64,000 nucleotides of DNA from Octopus sinensis (GCF_006345805.1 NC_043018.1:3844001-3908000), one strand, 5' to 3'. Numbered from the stretch's first letter, positions 38,569-52,055 are shown. Program-made: numbers and translations. Notes: a model not told the origin generated them from the sequence alone.

Positions 38569-38667
38569 TTGTCAAATGAAAGACAGAAGATGGAATATAT
38601 ATATATATATGTTGTAGGGTATATATATATGATATGCATGTATATCACTGTTTAATAATCTTTCCAG

Positions 38668-38807
38668 GTACTGCTGCAATCCATGAAGCCTGCAGTAATT
38701 TCACAACGGCCGAATTCCAAGAAAGGCGAGAAGCATTTCGGAAACTTGTTCAAGAAATCATGGAATTCAGATTCAATGCTCTTAATACTGATATTTCTAG
38801 CGTTCAG
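38668..38807 (+). CDS. SPFH protein exon 4 ((G)TAAIHEACSNFTTAEFQERREAFRKLVQEIMEFRFNALNTDISSVQ)
   Basis: Acceptor atctttccag, donor CAG|gtaatc; 140 nt, phase 1 to 0. Corresponds to the SPFH core helices. Confidence 0.88.
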
Positions 38808-39074
38808 GTAATCATGAAATATTTCCTGATAAATTCTTTGATCTTTGCACAAAACATAAGAGAATAACTGAGTCATATCTTTTTATCTTTCATCTTTTAC
38901 GAGTATCGGTCCTTGGTTTGTGGCCATACTGTAGCACAGCCTTGAAGGATTTAGTAGAATGGATCATTCCCCAGGGGACAAGTTTTTGTCTTTTTCTTTA
39001 TGTTTGGTACTTATATATTATATTTTGAAATAATAGCATGAAATTTAATATGAAAAAAATTCCTCACAAAAATA

Positions 39075-39455
39075 TCATCATCATCATCATCATCATTTAA
39101 CGTCCGCTTTCCATGCTAGCATGGGTTGGACGGTTCAACTGGGGTCTGGGGAGCCCAAAGGCTGCACCAGGCCAGTCAGATCTGGAAGTGTTTCTACAGC
39201 TGGATGCCCTTCCTAACGCCAACCACTCCGAGAGTGTAGTGGGTGATTTTATGTGCCACCGACGCAGGTGCCAGACGAGGCTGGCGAACGGCCACACTCG
39301 GATGGTGTTTTTTATGTGCCACCGACGCAGGTGCCAGACGAGGCTGGCGAACGGCCACACTCGGATGGTGTTTTTTATGTGCCACCGACGCAGGTGCCAG
39401 ACGAGGCTGGCGAACGGCCACACTCGGATGGTGTTTTTTATGTGCCACCGACACA
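39075..39455 (-). mobile_element. RTE 3' end with three identical 63-bp units
   Basis: Same 3' UTR family; unit starts at 39251, 39314, 39377 and 39440. Confidence 0.75.
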
Positions 39456-39547
39456 ATGTGTTTAAAATAGTAATGTAGTAAAAATATATGCAAATATATG
39501 AAATATGACAGTTTAAAAGTTTGGTAATTAATGCATCTTATATGCAT

Positions 39548-39597
<50 letters not shown>

Positions 39598-40237
39598 ACA
39601 TAATACATATATGTATATATACACATACGTATACAAAGGGTTGCTGAAAAGTTCTTGGCTTTAAGGGTTCTGTAAAAGGCCTGGTTGGAGGCCCAAACTT
39701 CCAAGTTCTTTTGCAGGGTTTAGAAAAACTAAAAGACCACTGCAATAAATGTGTGAATTTGAGAGGGGAATATTTTGAATAAAATCATAATTAACTGATC
39801 TGCCTGCATTTTCTTTTACCCAAAGCCAAGAACTTTTCAACCCCAGCCCTTCATGTATGTATATACTATAGATATCCCTCTCTCTCTTTCGGAGAGGCAC
39901 AAGCACCTACACGCATATATACACACACGGCAGTAACTTCCACCTACCGAATTCAATCACAAAGCTCCGGTCGGCTCGGGGCTATAGTGGAAGACACCTA
40001 CTCATAGTGCCACACAGTGGGACTGAACCCGAAACCATATAGCTAGGAAGCAAGCTCCCTAACCACACAGCCATGCCCGCGCCTACATATATTTACATAA
40101 TTATAATTAAGGGTACTGGAGGGTTACTACCATGTTAGATATAGAAGTTAAAACTGACTCTAAAACCGCTTCATGTATCCATGGAGTACAGGTGGGAGAA
40201 TAAATGAACAAAGAAATTAGCAAAAAGTTAATGGTTA

Positions 40238-40294
40238 ATCCCAGATTAACGATTTCTGGTTTAGTAATAAAATACTTTGCCTTCATCAGTGGAT
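40238..40294 (-). ncRNA. Hammerhead motif with weakened stem III
   Basis: AUCCA CUGAUGA a GG..(AGUA..UACU)..CC a GAA AU-cguua-AU C^ UGG(g)AU. Confidence 0.5.
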
Positions 40295-40560
40295 ACACAA
40301 GGGGGGGGGGGCTAAAAAGTTCCTGGCTTTAAGGGTATCATGAAAGGTCTGGTTGGAGGCCTAACCTTCTGAGATCTTTTACAGGGCTTAGAAAAACTGA
40401 AGGGCCATTGCAATAAATGAGTGAATATTAGAGAGGAAGGAATATGTTGATTAAAATCAGAATTAACTGATCCTCCTGAATTTTCTTTTACCCAAAGCCA
40501 AGAACTTTTCAATACACACTCATAAATATGCTTATTTTATATATACATATATATATATAG

Positions 40561-40591
<31 letters not shown>

Positions 40592-40609
40592 TACTCTTTA
40601 CTCTTTTTA

Positions 40610-41020
40610 CTCTTTTACTTGTTTCAGTCATTTGACTGCGGCCATGCTGGAGCACTGCCATTAGTTGAACAAATCGACCCCGAGACTTATTCCTTGTAAG
40701 CCCAGTACTTATTCTATCGGTCTCTTTTGCCGAACCGCTAAGTAACGGGGGACATAAACACACCAGCATCGGTTGTCAAGCAATGCTAGGGGGACAAACA
40801 CAGACACACAAACACATACATACAGATATATATATATATATATACATATATATGACAGGCTTCTTTCAGTTTCCGTCTACCAAATCCACTCACAAGGCAT
40901 TGGTCAGCCCGGGGCTATAACAGAAGACACTTACCCAAGGTGGCACGCAGTGGGACTGAACCCAGAACCATGTGGTTGGTAAACAAGCTACTTACCACAC
41001 AGCCACTCCTGCGCCTATAT
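40610..41020 (-). mobile_element. tRNA-derived SINE family B (other copies at 3340-3705, 6230-6630, 23870-24200, 29725-30090, 41050-41460, 41980-42135, 45490-45850, 63250-63605)
   Basis: Head aggcgcaggagtggctgtgtggtaag...gggttcagtccc, internal (CA/TA)n tract and conserved tail gactgcggccatgctggagcac. Confidence 0.75.
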
Positions 41021-41475
41021 ATATATAATACACACACACACACACACACAATGGGCTTGTTTCAGTTTTTATTTGCTAAATCCTTTCACAAAGCTTTGCT
41101 CAACCTGGGGCTATAGTAGAAGTCACTTGTCCAAAGGGTCACACAATGAGATTGAACCCAGGACGATGCGGCTGGGAAGTAAGCTCCTTACCCACTCAGC
41201 CATGTCAGTACCAACATATTCTTTCATTCTTTCATTCTTTCATTCTTTTACTTGTTTCAGTCATTTTACTGTGGCAATGCTGGAGCACTGCCTTAAAGGG
41301 TCTTTTAGCTGAAGAAATTGGCCCCAGGACTTATTCTTTGTGACCCTGGAACTTGTTCTATTGTTTTCTTTTGCTGTACCACAAAATGACAGGGACGTAA
41401 GCACACCAACACCAGTTATTAAGTGATGGTGCTGGACAAACATAGACATAAATACATATACATATATATATATAG

Positions 41476-41517
<42 letters not shown>

Positions 41518-41929
41518 TAATCCAAATGGGAAAACAGAAAAAACAACAACACGTGGAACAATTACAGTATTATTATTATTAGGCGCTCAGGAAAATGGAA
41601 GAAGGAGGGTATGACGTTTCGAGCGGAGCTCTTCGTCGGAAACATAGGAGAAAGAAAGATCCCGAGACGGGAGGACAGAGGAAAAAAAATTGCAGGTAGT
41701 CTTCACGAGGTCACATACTGAAAAGACGGAAGTTGTAAAAAAGGAGGAAAATGTTTTTAAAAAACAGGAGAGCTGAATCAAAGAGGGAATGGTAAAAAAG
41801 GTGTGCGAGAAAACGAGGGTGTGTGTGTGCGTGTGTGTGTATGTGTGTGTATGGTGGACAGTGGCTAGTAGCAGGCAGTAGTAGAGTTAAAGGAGTGTGT
41901 GGGGGTACCCTAGCAAGTGAGAAAGGCTT

Positions 41930-41969
<40 letters not shown>

Positions 41970-42848
41970 ATACATATATATACAACAGGCTCCTTTCAAA
42001 TCCACTCACAAAGCTTTGATCAGCCTGTGGCTATAGTAGAAGATACTTGCCCTAGGTGCCACACAGTGGGACTGAATGAACCCAGAATTTTATGGTTAGG
42101 GAACAAGCTTCTTATCACACAGCCACACCTGTGCCTATACACACACACACACACACACACATATATCTATATATATAATATATATATATATACATACACA
42201 CACATAAATATCTATATATACACACACACACACATATATATTGTCCCTTACAGGCTACAGCGATCCCTTGTCACATCTTTATAAAACAGAATGTTACAGG
42301 TGAGGGGAGACGGGGGTGATGAATATTGAGGAACGCCTGCTGCTTGTAAACCTAACAGTAAAGTACATACTAGCATACACAATGTAGAACCCCTGACCCC
42401 TGATCCAAAAACAAATTAAGTTTTTGCGATGAGAACTCGTTAACATGAAATTGAATGATTATTTATATTGCTGTCATAAGTACCACCACCAACACCACAA
42501 CATTCACCGCCAAAATGACCACCACTATCACTACTACTACTACCACCACCACCACACTACCAGCAGCCCTACCACCATTCCCACCACTACTATCACTACC
42601 ACCAACAACAACAACACCCCTGTCACCACCAAGACCACTACCACTGTCACTACCATCACCAACACCACCACCACCACCGCCACCATCACCGCCACCACCA
42701 CAACTACCATCACCACTGACCACCACTACCACCACCACCACCACCACCATTGCTAAACAATTTTAAGCAATAATTGTACTCCTTCCTCGCCATCTTCTCC
42801 GTACTTAAAACAATCCGTACTGAGCAATCTGATAGGATAATTATAAAG

Positions 42849-42880
<32 letters not shown>

Positions 42881-42910
42881 AATATAAATGCAGCTTGAAA
42901 TGATTGTTGT

Positions 42911-42956
<46 letters not shown>

Positions 42957-43782
42957 TGTGTGTCAGAGAAAACCAGAGTGTTTTGTTCCATTCTAGTAGC
43001 AAGTGTTTGGGATACGAGTGGGCAGGTGCTTGGCAATGGAATCCAATAAACCTTTATGAACAAGAGCCAAATGGAATTTAACAGACCGAATTCCTCAGTC
43101 AATATATTCCCTCACAAAACTCTTTGTTTGGAATCACCTCTATGGGGTCTTTTTTCTAACATTGCTAATTCCAGTACAAGGACAGCGGACTGACAGAATC
43201 ATCACTTCCTCCTCCTCATCATCATCATCCTTATCCTCCTCATCATCATCCTTATCCTTCTCTGCCTCTTCCTCCCCTCCTCTTCCTCCCTCCTTGTCCT
43301 TCCTCCTTGTCCTCCTCCTTTCCTCCTCCTTATCCTTCTCCTCATCCTTATCTTCCTCCTCATCATCATCAGCAGCAGCATCATGACCATCACCCTTCTG
43401 GGTTCAAATTCTGCTGAGGTCGACTTTGCCTTTCATCCTTTTGTGGGGTCGATAAACAAAGTACCAGTCAGGTATTGGGTGGGGTTGACTAGCTCCCTCC
43501 CCCACCCCACCCAAAAACCATTTCAGGCCTTGTGCCTATAGAAGAAAGGATTATTATTATTATTATCAAGGCAGCAAGCTGGCAGAGTCGTTAGCACACC
43601 TGGGCAAAATGCTTAGCAGTATTTTATCTGTCTTCACTTTCTGAGTTCAGATTCCACCGAGGTCAACTTTGCCTTTCATTCTTTCAGGGTGAATAAAATA
43701 AGTACCAGCTGAACACTGGGGTTGATGTAACCAATTAACACCCTCCCCAAAAATTTCAGACCTTGTACCTACAGCAGAAAGG

Positions 43783-43832
<50 letters not shown>

Positions 43833-43910
43833 GGTGGTGCTCCAGTATGGCCACAGTCTAATAACGGAAACAAATTACAGACTTAACATTTTCCCCTACT
43901 CTCATTCCAG

Positions 43911-43985
43911 GTCAACAACATCAGACGTCCTCAACCATATGAAAAAGCCATTCGAGCGAAAGAAAGAGCCAGAGAAGATATATTG
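43911..43985 (+). CDS. SPFH protein exon 5 (VNNIRRPQPYEKAIRAKERAREDIL)
   Basis: Acceptor ctctcattccag, donor TTG|gtaaaa; 75 nt, phase 0 to 0. Matches the 'i.lP..y..AI..K..A' end of the SPFH domain and start of the coiled coil. Too short for the ORF track; found by reading the sequence. Confidence 0.82.
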
Positions 43986-44923
43986 GTAAAAGAAATTCCA
44001 CTCCTTTTAATGTTAATAATTTTGGTGCTAATGGCTTTTTATACGGCGCCATGTTTTACAATCCTGTAAAAAATATTAACAGTATTTTTATATAAGCTTA
44101 AAGAAGGCTTTCCTATCCTTTTTTTTTTTCTGTCGAGGGCTTATATGCCTCTTTCTTTATTAGACTAGTTTCCTTAGTTACTGCATGGTGATTACTATAA
44201 GCTTTAAGCTTATATAAAAATACTGTTAATATTTTTGGTTGTATACTGTCAATCTAACATGAACGTGACAGTAGGGGATTACATCACCGCTGTTTAGCCC
44301 TAGGAAGCATTGACGCTTCCTGATGGCTTTGACACATTTTTTTCATGTCGAAGCCATCAGGAAGCGTCGATGCTTCCTAGGGCTAAACAGCGATGATGTA
44401 ATCCCCTACTGTCATGTTCATGTTAGATTGACAGTATACAACCATTTTATCGCCCCAACACCGTACCTATCTCTATGAGAGATTTAGAAATTTAATATTT
44501 CTGATGTTAATATTTTTATTTTATTAAAATATTTAAATACCAAGAAACAGGAAAGAAGAGACACAGGAAAGAAAAGGAAAAAAGGGTGGAGTAAAGCAGT
44601 GAAAGATGGAGAGGGAGCAGGGTGATGGGCCACATACCCCAGAGAGCACATGGTGTGCTCAGCTGCGCTTGGTGATAGCGTTGCAGTGGAGAATGGCCAG
44701 TGATACTCTCTGAAGTAGCCACTCCACTTTGTGGGGCTCATTTCTCTATTTTGCAGAGGGAATCGGTCATACGGATTCCCGGAACACCTGACATCATGAT
44801 GGTGACTAGCATAAACTGGTTGAAACCGGTCAGATGTCTGTATCGATTGATTTTTTTCCTTTTCCTCCGCATTACAGGCAGTGACACCCAGGTTATTTCC
44901 TGTGTCTTTTACTGCCTCCTTAA

Positions 44924-45146
44924 CCCTTTTGTTACCATATTTCTGTTGAGATGCTCTGTAGTTCTTTCAATTAATTTTAAATATAACAAAGAATTTAGTA
45001 AATTAGTTTCGTTATCATTAAGCCCAGCGTTAGGAACATAAATTGTGACTAAGGTTTGGTGGAAGATTTTAATTCAGAACATTTGAAAAGAAGACATTTG
45101 TACTACAGAGCCAGAGGTGGTTTCAACCAGGTTGGTATCAAAAGGG
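44924..45146. mobile_element. piggyBac-type MITE (second family)
   Basis: TTAA|CCCTTTTGTTACC...GGTATCAAAAGGG|TTGA. Confidence 0.55.
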
Positions 45147-45986
45147 TTGAGCAAATTTTATGCTTGTTGTTGTTATTTTGAATGATGGGAAATGATCAAA
45201 AGAATACAATTGCAAATCCAAGCACCAGGAATGGGTTCACAGGAAGGATCTCTGGAGTAACATTACTTAACGGGGTGCATAGCCCCAAGATCAAAGAGTC
45301 TTTCCTGGTTGAGCCTTTACTTCTCCACATTGAGAAACCACAGCACCAGGATTATGGCCAAGTAATTAGGGAATGTCCCAGAAAAGAACTGCAAGACAAA
45401 TTCTTCAAATGAAACCAACCAGCAAGAGGCCAAGGGATCGACCAGGAACAAGATGGCTGAATAATGGTTTTTTATGCTTATTTTTTATCTTTTGCTTGTT
45501 TTGGTCATTTGACAGCAGCCACTCCGGGGCACCACCTTGAAGGGTTTCAGCTGAACAAGTCAACCCTTGGACTTACCACGGTCTCTTTTTGCTAGACCGA
45601 TAAGATATGGGGATATAAACACACCAACACCAGTTGGTTAGTAATTTTGAGGGACAAACAGACACAATAATACACACACATTGATATACATATGTGACGG
45701 GCTTCTTTCAGTTTCCGTCTACCAAATCCACTCACAAGGCTTTGGTCAGCCCAAAGCTATAATAGAAGACACTTATCCAAGGTGCCACACAATGGGACTG
45801 AACCCGAAACCATGTGGTTGGTAAGCAAGCTTCTCACCACACATCCACAATTGTGCTGGGGAATGGTACTTCTGAACTTCTAAGAACAGTGTGCAAAGAA
45901 GGTGAACGCATATGAGCTTTCTTTTTGTTTTTCATCTCCCAAGTCAACCATGACCAAAAGCACACCTTTAATAGGAATTTTGTATT

Positions 45987-46025
<39 letters not shown>

Positions 46026-46384
46026 TATGTAGAAAAATACAAACTGGGACAAGAACGTAAAACATTTAGAAGACGATACAAAAAAAAAACGGACAGGACA
46101 TTTGAAGCCTTCAATCTTCAGCCAAGAACCGGATCATCCTAGCAATTTCGGCTGATTAACCTTGAGATTGCTCCAATCCAACCAGCCCCAAGGAAAAACT
46201 AAGCTACGAGTATTAGATTTCTTAGAAAAAGGATCGAATGTATATGAAACAGGGACAGAAAAACGGACAATGCCACACGAATATAAAATACAAAAAACAA
46301 TAATGGTAAAAACAGGACGAAAACAGCGGGTGTCTTACGACTAAAGACAGTACAACTTAATTTAGCTGGCGTATTTGGAAAAAA

Positions 46385-46416
<32 letters not shown>

Positions 46417-46801
46417 TCATTTATATATACATTTTATACTACACAGGAACTTGACTCGTTTAAAATAATAATAATAATAATAATTGTGTACAGTGCTCAG
46501 GTGCACTACAACTCATCTAAAGTCTATATATAATCAGGTGTAGTTTCGGCGGATTTTGGAAAGCATGAGGGCCTTAAAGGATGCAGTGTCATGGCAGTCA
46601 ACAACTGACGCAGACAGTTTATTCCATGCTTCAGCAACTCTGAGCGTGAAAAAATGTTTCCGAAAGTCATGTTTGTGCTTCACAGTGGAATTGCACCTGG
46701 ACTCTACAGGGCTGTGAACCTGTGAAGCCCGTCTTTATGCTTGGATTGCTGCTTGCTCCTCCTCCTCCTCCTTATTTCTTCTCTCTCTCCGTTTATTCCA
46801 G

Positions 46802-46923
46802 GTGGCCAGGCAAGAACAACCGAAACAACTGATTGAAGCGGAAACCAAAGTGAAAGAAGCAATTGCCATTTCTAATATCACTTTGGAGAAGGCCAAGTCG
46901 AGGGCCAGGATCAAGAAGAAACA
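46802..46923 (+). CDS. SPFH protein exon 6, coiled coil (VARQEQPKQLIEAETKVKEAIAISNITLEKAKSRARIKKK)
   Basis: Acceptor ctccgtttattccag, donor CA|gtaagg; 122 nt, phase 0 to 2. Ala/Glu-rich coiled coil. Confidence 0.85.
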
Positions 46924-46967
46924 GTAAGGGAGATTCATACAGAACACCTGCTCATGCAGCTGTTTAC

Positions 46968-46970
46968 CGT

Positions 46971-47015
<45 letters not shown>

Positions 47016-47025
47016 AACTACTACA

Positions 47026-47059
<34 letters not shown>

Positions 47060-47096
47060 TTACTACTACTACTAACTACTACTACTACTACTACTA

Positions 47097-47167
<71 letters not shown>

Positions 47168-47640
47168 TACTACTACTACTACTATTACTATTACTACTAC
47201 ATCATTGCCAGCTAACATCACTGTCATCTCTTGTCATTGTCATTGTTATCACTCCTGTCATCGTCATCACTAGTGTCACTATAATCAGCACTTTCATTAT
47301 TGTAGTCATCCTCATCGTCAGCAGTCATCATATTGTTGTCATCATCTTTGTCTTCAGCATCTTTGTCATCATCATCTTTATCGTTGCCATCATCATCATC
47401 ATCATCATCATCCTTATTATTGTCGTCATCATCATCTTTATTATTATCATCTTTGTCATCATTATCTTTATTGTCATTGTTGCTGTCATCACTCATTGCT
47501 GTCATTGTTGTCTATTACTACTACTACTACTGATTTCACCACCACCACCATCACTAACACAGCCTTACCTTCCCCACTTGTACTAATACTAATATGACTT
47601 TCACCTCCTCCATCACCACCACCACCACCATCACCATCAA
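46968..47640. repeat. Trinucleotide block (TAC)n, then degenerate (CAT)n, then (CAC)n, filling most of intron 6
   Basis: Read directly. Confidence 0.93.
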
Positions 47641-47676
47641 ATTCTCACCAATGTCCTTCCTTTTGTTGTTCTTCAG

Positions 47677-47905
47677 AGCTCAGGCAGAGGCCAGTGCCAT
47701 CCTTGTACAATATCAGACAGAAGCAGAGTCCCTCCAAAATGTCTTGTCATCCGAAGGCCTTAATTACACTAACGAAGGGTTCCTGCAATATATGGCTATC
47801 CGCATAATCTCATCACTTAAAAATCCTCTCCATGTTGGTATGAACATGCCAGAAAATCCAAATGCGATTTCGTTTAGGGTCCTACCACCTCCGCCATCGT
47901 CATAA
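47677..47905 (+). CDS. SPFH protein terminal exon 7a ((Q)AQAEASAILVQYQTEAESL...FRVLPPPPSS*)
   Basis: Acceptor ttttgttgttcttcag, phase 2 matches exon 6. Total CDS is 939 nt (312 aa + stop). AATAAA at 48011. Confidence 0.85.
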
Positions 47906-49094
47906 AAAATAGTCTCTTATGATTAAAATGTTGAGACGTACTAGTTGTGGAGGAGAAATAATTGGTTAGTTAATTAAATTATTAATTACCATGAAATTTA
48001 TAAGAAATTAAATAAACTTTACTCTAATCATTTAAAAATTTTTTGATTACATTATTTTATTTTATTTTATTTTAAATTATTTATTTGCCATCATGGGGCA
48101 GGTTTGGTCATGTGATTAAGAAGTCTTGCTTCACACTCATGTGGTTGTGAGTCCCACTGCACGGCACTTTGGGCTAATGTCTTCTTTGACCCCAGGACAA
48201 CCAATAGCTTGAGAGAATTTGGTAAATAGAAACTGCTGGAAGCCCAGTATATGTATGTGCATGATATGTGTTTGTGTGTGTATATATGCATGTGGGTTTC
48301 ATCATCACCATCATTGTCATCATTGCTGTTGTCATCATCATCATTAACAACAACAACATCTGGTTTCCATTCTGGCATGGGTTTGTATTTGTGAATATAC
48401 GCTTATAGGTGCTGACTTGGCCTTGTGGTAAGAAACTTGCTTTGCTACCTCATGGCTGCAGATTCAGTCCCACTTTGTGGCACCTTGCAGGAAGTGTCTT
48501 CTAAAGCCTCAGGTCAACCAAATCCAAACTGAAAGAAGCCCATCGTGTGTGTGTGTGCATGCGTGTGTGTGTCCATGCGTGTGTGTGCGTGCATGCATGT
48601 ACAGTTCCAGGCCAACTATCCAGCAAGCCTGGGACTAGAAGTATCCCAGATATTTGGATTTTCTGGTTGTCAGAGGACAGTCTAAGTACATACCTCGAAT
48701 ACAAAATAAATTATGGAAAGTAAAAAATTTTGAAAAGTTGTATTTAACAGATTGAAATTAATACGTTTTTTTAAAGCAGGAACTGTTTGATATAATTAAT
48801 TCACTTAAAATTTTGTAAAATCTATAACACACTGTTCCATGTAAATAGCAGAATGGCTGAAGAGAGTGAAAATTAAATGAAGAAAAATAAAAAGCATGAT
48901 TTTAGTTGACTGGTGCAGGCACAAATTAATATATAATTCGAAAATAGACAATGTATAATCTCTATCAATCCACTTCAAAAACAGGTTTTTTCTTTTTACT
49001 AAATACAGGATATTTGCATGGAATAGCATGATATTTCCAGATTTTTAGAAATTCCAGATATTTAGAAACCAGATAAAGGTCCGGCACTATATAT

Positions 49095-50400
49095 ATCATC
49101 ATCATCATTTAACGTCCGTTTTCCATGCTAGCATGGGTTGGATGGTTCAACCGCGGTCTGGGAAGCCAGGAGGCTGCACCAGGCTCCAGTCTGATCTGGT
49201 AGTGTTTCTACGGCTGGATGCTCTTCCTAATGCCAACCACTCCGTGAGTGTAGTGGGTGCTTTTTACATGCCACTGGCACAGGGGCCAGAGGAGGCTGGC
49301 AACGGCCATGATCGGTTGGTGCATTTTACGCAAACATCTCTCCTGCACGCCACATCCGATGCTTCTTATGCCCAACATTTCTCTCAGGGTACTTACCCTC
49401 TGTTGTGGGTGCACACTGCCATTACACAACCAGCGGATCAGGCTAACTTCATTTCATTCAAGCCTACTCATATCCTCCGCAGTCATGGCCCATATTTCAC
49501 TGCCGTGAAGCATGGCAGTTCACACACATGCATTGTACAATCTGCCTTTTACTCTGAGCGAGAGACCCTTTGTCACCAGTAAGGGTAGAAGCTTTCTAAA
49601 CATTGCCCAGGCTATTCTTATTCTCATGGTAACACTCTCTGAGCATCCACCCCACTACTAACGTGGTCACCGAGGTAGCAGAAGCTATCAACTACTTCTA
49701 GTTTCTTCCCCAGGAGTGTGATGGAATCTGTTTTCTGAGTATCAATGGTGTCTATTGCACCTGTGCGTCTGCTGCACACGAAAGCTATCTTCTTGGTTAA
49801 TCTTCCTTTGATTTTTCTGCACCTTTTATGTGTCCATAGCTTACACTGGGTACATCTTATGGAGTTTCTACCTACACCTTTTCTACAGATCGAGCAGGGC
49901 CACCTACCTGAGGAGGTGTGTGATGAATTCGCCTTCTTACTTACTAGAACTTTGGTCTTTGCTACATTGACTCTAAGGCCTTTTGATTCTAAACCTTGCT
50001 TCCACACCTGAGATTTCTTTTCTAGTTCCAGTAGTGAGTCTGTTATGAGGGCCAGGTCATCAGCATAGAGGAGCTCTCAGGGGCAACCCATCTTGAATTC
50101 CTCTGTTATTGCCTGGAGGACTATGATGAATAAAAGAGGAATGAGGGCTGAACCTTGGTGGACCCCTACTTCTACCTGGAATTCTTCACTATACTCATTG
50201 CCAATCCTAACCTTACTAATGGCCTCTCTGTATAGGGCCTGTATAGCCCTTAATAACCATTCGTCAATTTCCAGTTTCTGCATCACCCTCCAGATAAGGG
50301 ATTAGGGGACCCTGTCAAAGGCTTTCTCAAAGTCCACAAAAGTATAGGGGTTTATCTTTAGCTAGGTATTTCTCCTGCAATTATCAAACTATGAATATGG
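49095..50400 (-). mobile_element. RTE-type LINE, 5'-truncated and internally deleted (RT core + 3' UTR + (GAT)n tail)
   Basis: Reads 'FVDFEKAFDRVP', 'VGVHQGSALIPLLFIIVL', YADD at ~50055-50066 and 'EVVDSFCYLGD'; 3' UTR ends ...cgttaaatgatgatgatg. Confidence 0.88.
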
Positions 50401-50657
50401 CATATATATATTGATGTGTTTTAGCCCCTTTGCTTTTCCCTTGGATAACATCGGTAGCGTGGAGAGGAGAGGCTGGTATGCATGTGTGACTGCTGGTCTT
50501 CGCAAAAGACCTTGCCTGGACTTGTGCTGCGAATGGGAAGTTTCTAGGTGCAAACCAAAGGGGGCTTTTTACTATTTCTCTCTTTCTCTCTTCTATCTCT
50601 CTCTATCTCTATCTATCTATCTATCTATATATCTATCTATATATCTATATATATATA

Positions 50658-51905
50658 TGTTAGATCATCCCATTAACAATATGGTTTTTCAATTACATGA
50701 ACTAAAAGTCAGAGAGGTGCAGGCAAAACTGCATGCATCAACTTGCTATAAAAGCAGATAGTAATTTTACCTTGTACTTATTCTTAGTGCAAGTTTTGAA
50801 GAGTGCAGTTCGACTTTAACAGTTATTTTTTCAAAACTATAATGGAAGTGGCAAAGGAGCATATTTGGCGTATTTTGCTTTATGAGTTCAACAAAAGCAA
50901 CAACGCAACGAAAAGCATGAGGAATATTAATGCAATATCTGGGGATAAGACAATAAGAGTAAGCCGGCGCCAATGGTGGTTCCAGAAATTCCGAGCCAAA
51001 AACTACAGCCTAGAAGATGAACCTCATCCTGGAAGGTCTGCAGAGCTCAACAAAGATGTCCTGTAAATCCTGGTGGAACAAAATCCCACCATAAATGTTA
51101 AGGGACTAGCAGAGAAGCTTGGATTCAATCATTCATCGACACTTAGGTGCCATCAGAAAAGTCAGCAAATTGGGACAATGGGTTCCTCACAAACTTTCCA
51201 AGTCAAATCATGCACAGAGAGTGAATGTGTGCTCTTCTTTGCTGTCACGTCTCATTTTTGAACCGAATAGTGACTGGCGACCAGGAATGGTTTCTCTATA
51301 AAAAGACAGTGGATAGGAAAAGGAGAAACACCAACACCCCAGGCTAAAGAAGATCATCACCCACGTAAGTTGTTATCTGTTTGGTGGGATATGAAAGGTT
51401 TAGTCTACTTTGACCTTTTAAACCCAAACCAAATGATAACAAAGGAGATCTACTGTGAGCTGCTTGAGTGGCTTAAGTCAGCGCTAGAAGAGAAAGGACC
51501 ATCTTTGGTTTAAAGATGAAAGGTATTCTTCCATCAGGATAATGCTCAGCCACATACAACGAGGATGACATTCCAAAGGCTGGAGCAGTTTGAATTGGAA
51601 ACGATGCCTCATCCGCCATATTCGTCGGACATTGCCTCCACCTGATTATCATTTATTCCACAGTCTTCAAAATCATTTGAATATGAATTCTGTAGACAAG
51701 GTCAGAACAGTGCTGGAGGAGTATTTTTCACCATGGACAGGTGAATTTTGGAGAGAGGCCTTGCAAGTCTACCAGATAAATGGAAGAGCATTGTAGAAAA
51801 TGAAGGAGAGTATATTTTAGATTAAAAAAAAGAACTTTGTTTTTTTTAATTTTGAAAAATAAAAGAAGTATAAAAAAGTAGAATTATTTATGGGATGACC
51901 CAATA
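50658..51905 (+). mobile_element. mariner (DD34D) transposon, decayed
   Basis: Fragments 'WFQKFRAKNYSLEDEPHPGR', 'LGQWVPHKL', 'VTGDQEW', 'HQDNAQPH', 'HPPYSSDIA..DYHLF' broken by stops and frameshifts. TIR-like ends agatcatcccatt / atgggatgacccaata in TA context. Confidence 0.88.
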
Positions 51906-52055
51906 TATATACATGTATATACAGTGAATATATATGACCCAATATATATATATATATATTAATAATAATAATAATATGACAACAAAAGAATGAGACCTCG
52001 ATATTATGTAAAATAGAGGAATTTATCTATAAATATAATGTGACAATTAGTTGGA

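Noticed and set aside
46090-46125. CTGAAGA...CAAATGTC on the - strand in a PLE-like fragment
   Set aside because: No intact GAAA and no convincing stem II; at best a heavily decayed motif.
46954-47586. Poly-T/poly-I/poly-D ORFs, also at 42445-42766 and 58178-58667
   Set aside because: Trinucleotide microsatellites.
50050-50070. CTGATGA on the - strand
   Set aside because: It is the TAT GCT GAT GAC (YADD) codons of the RTE RT; no GAAA or stems follow.
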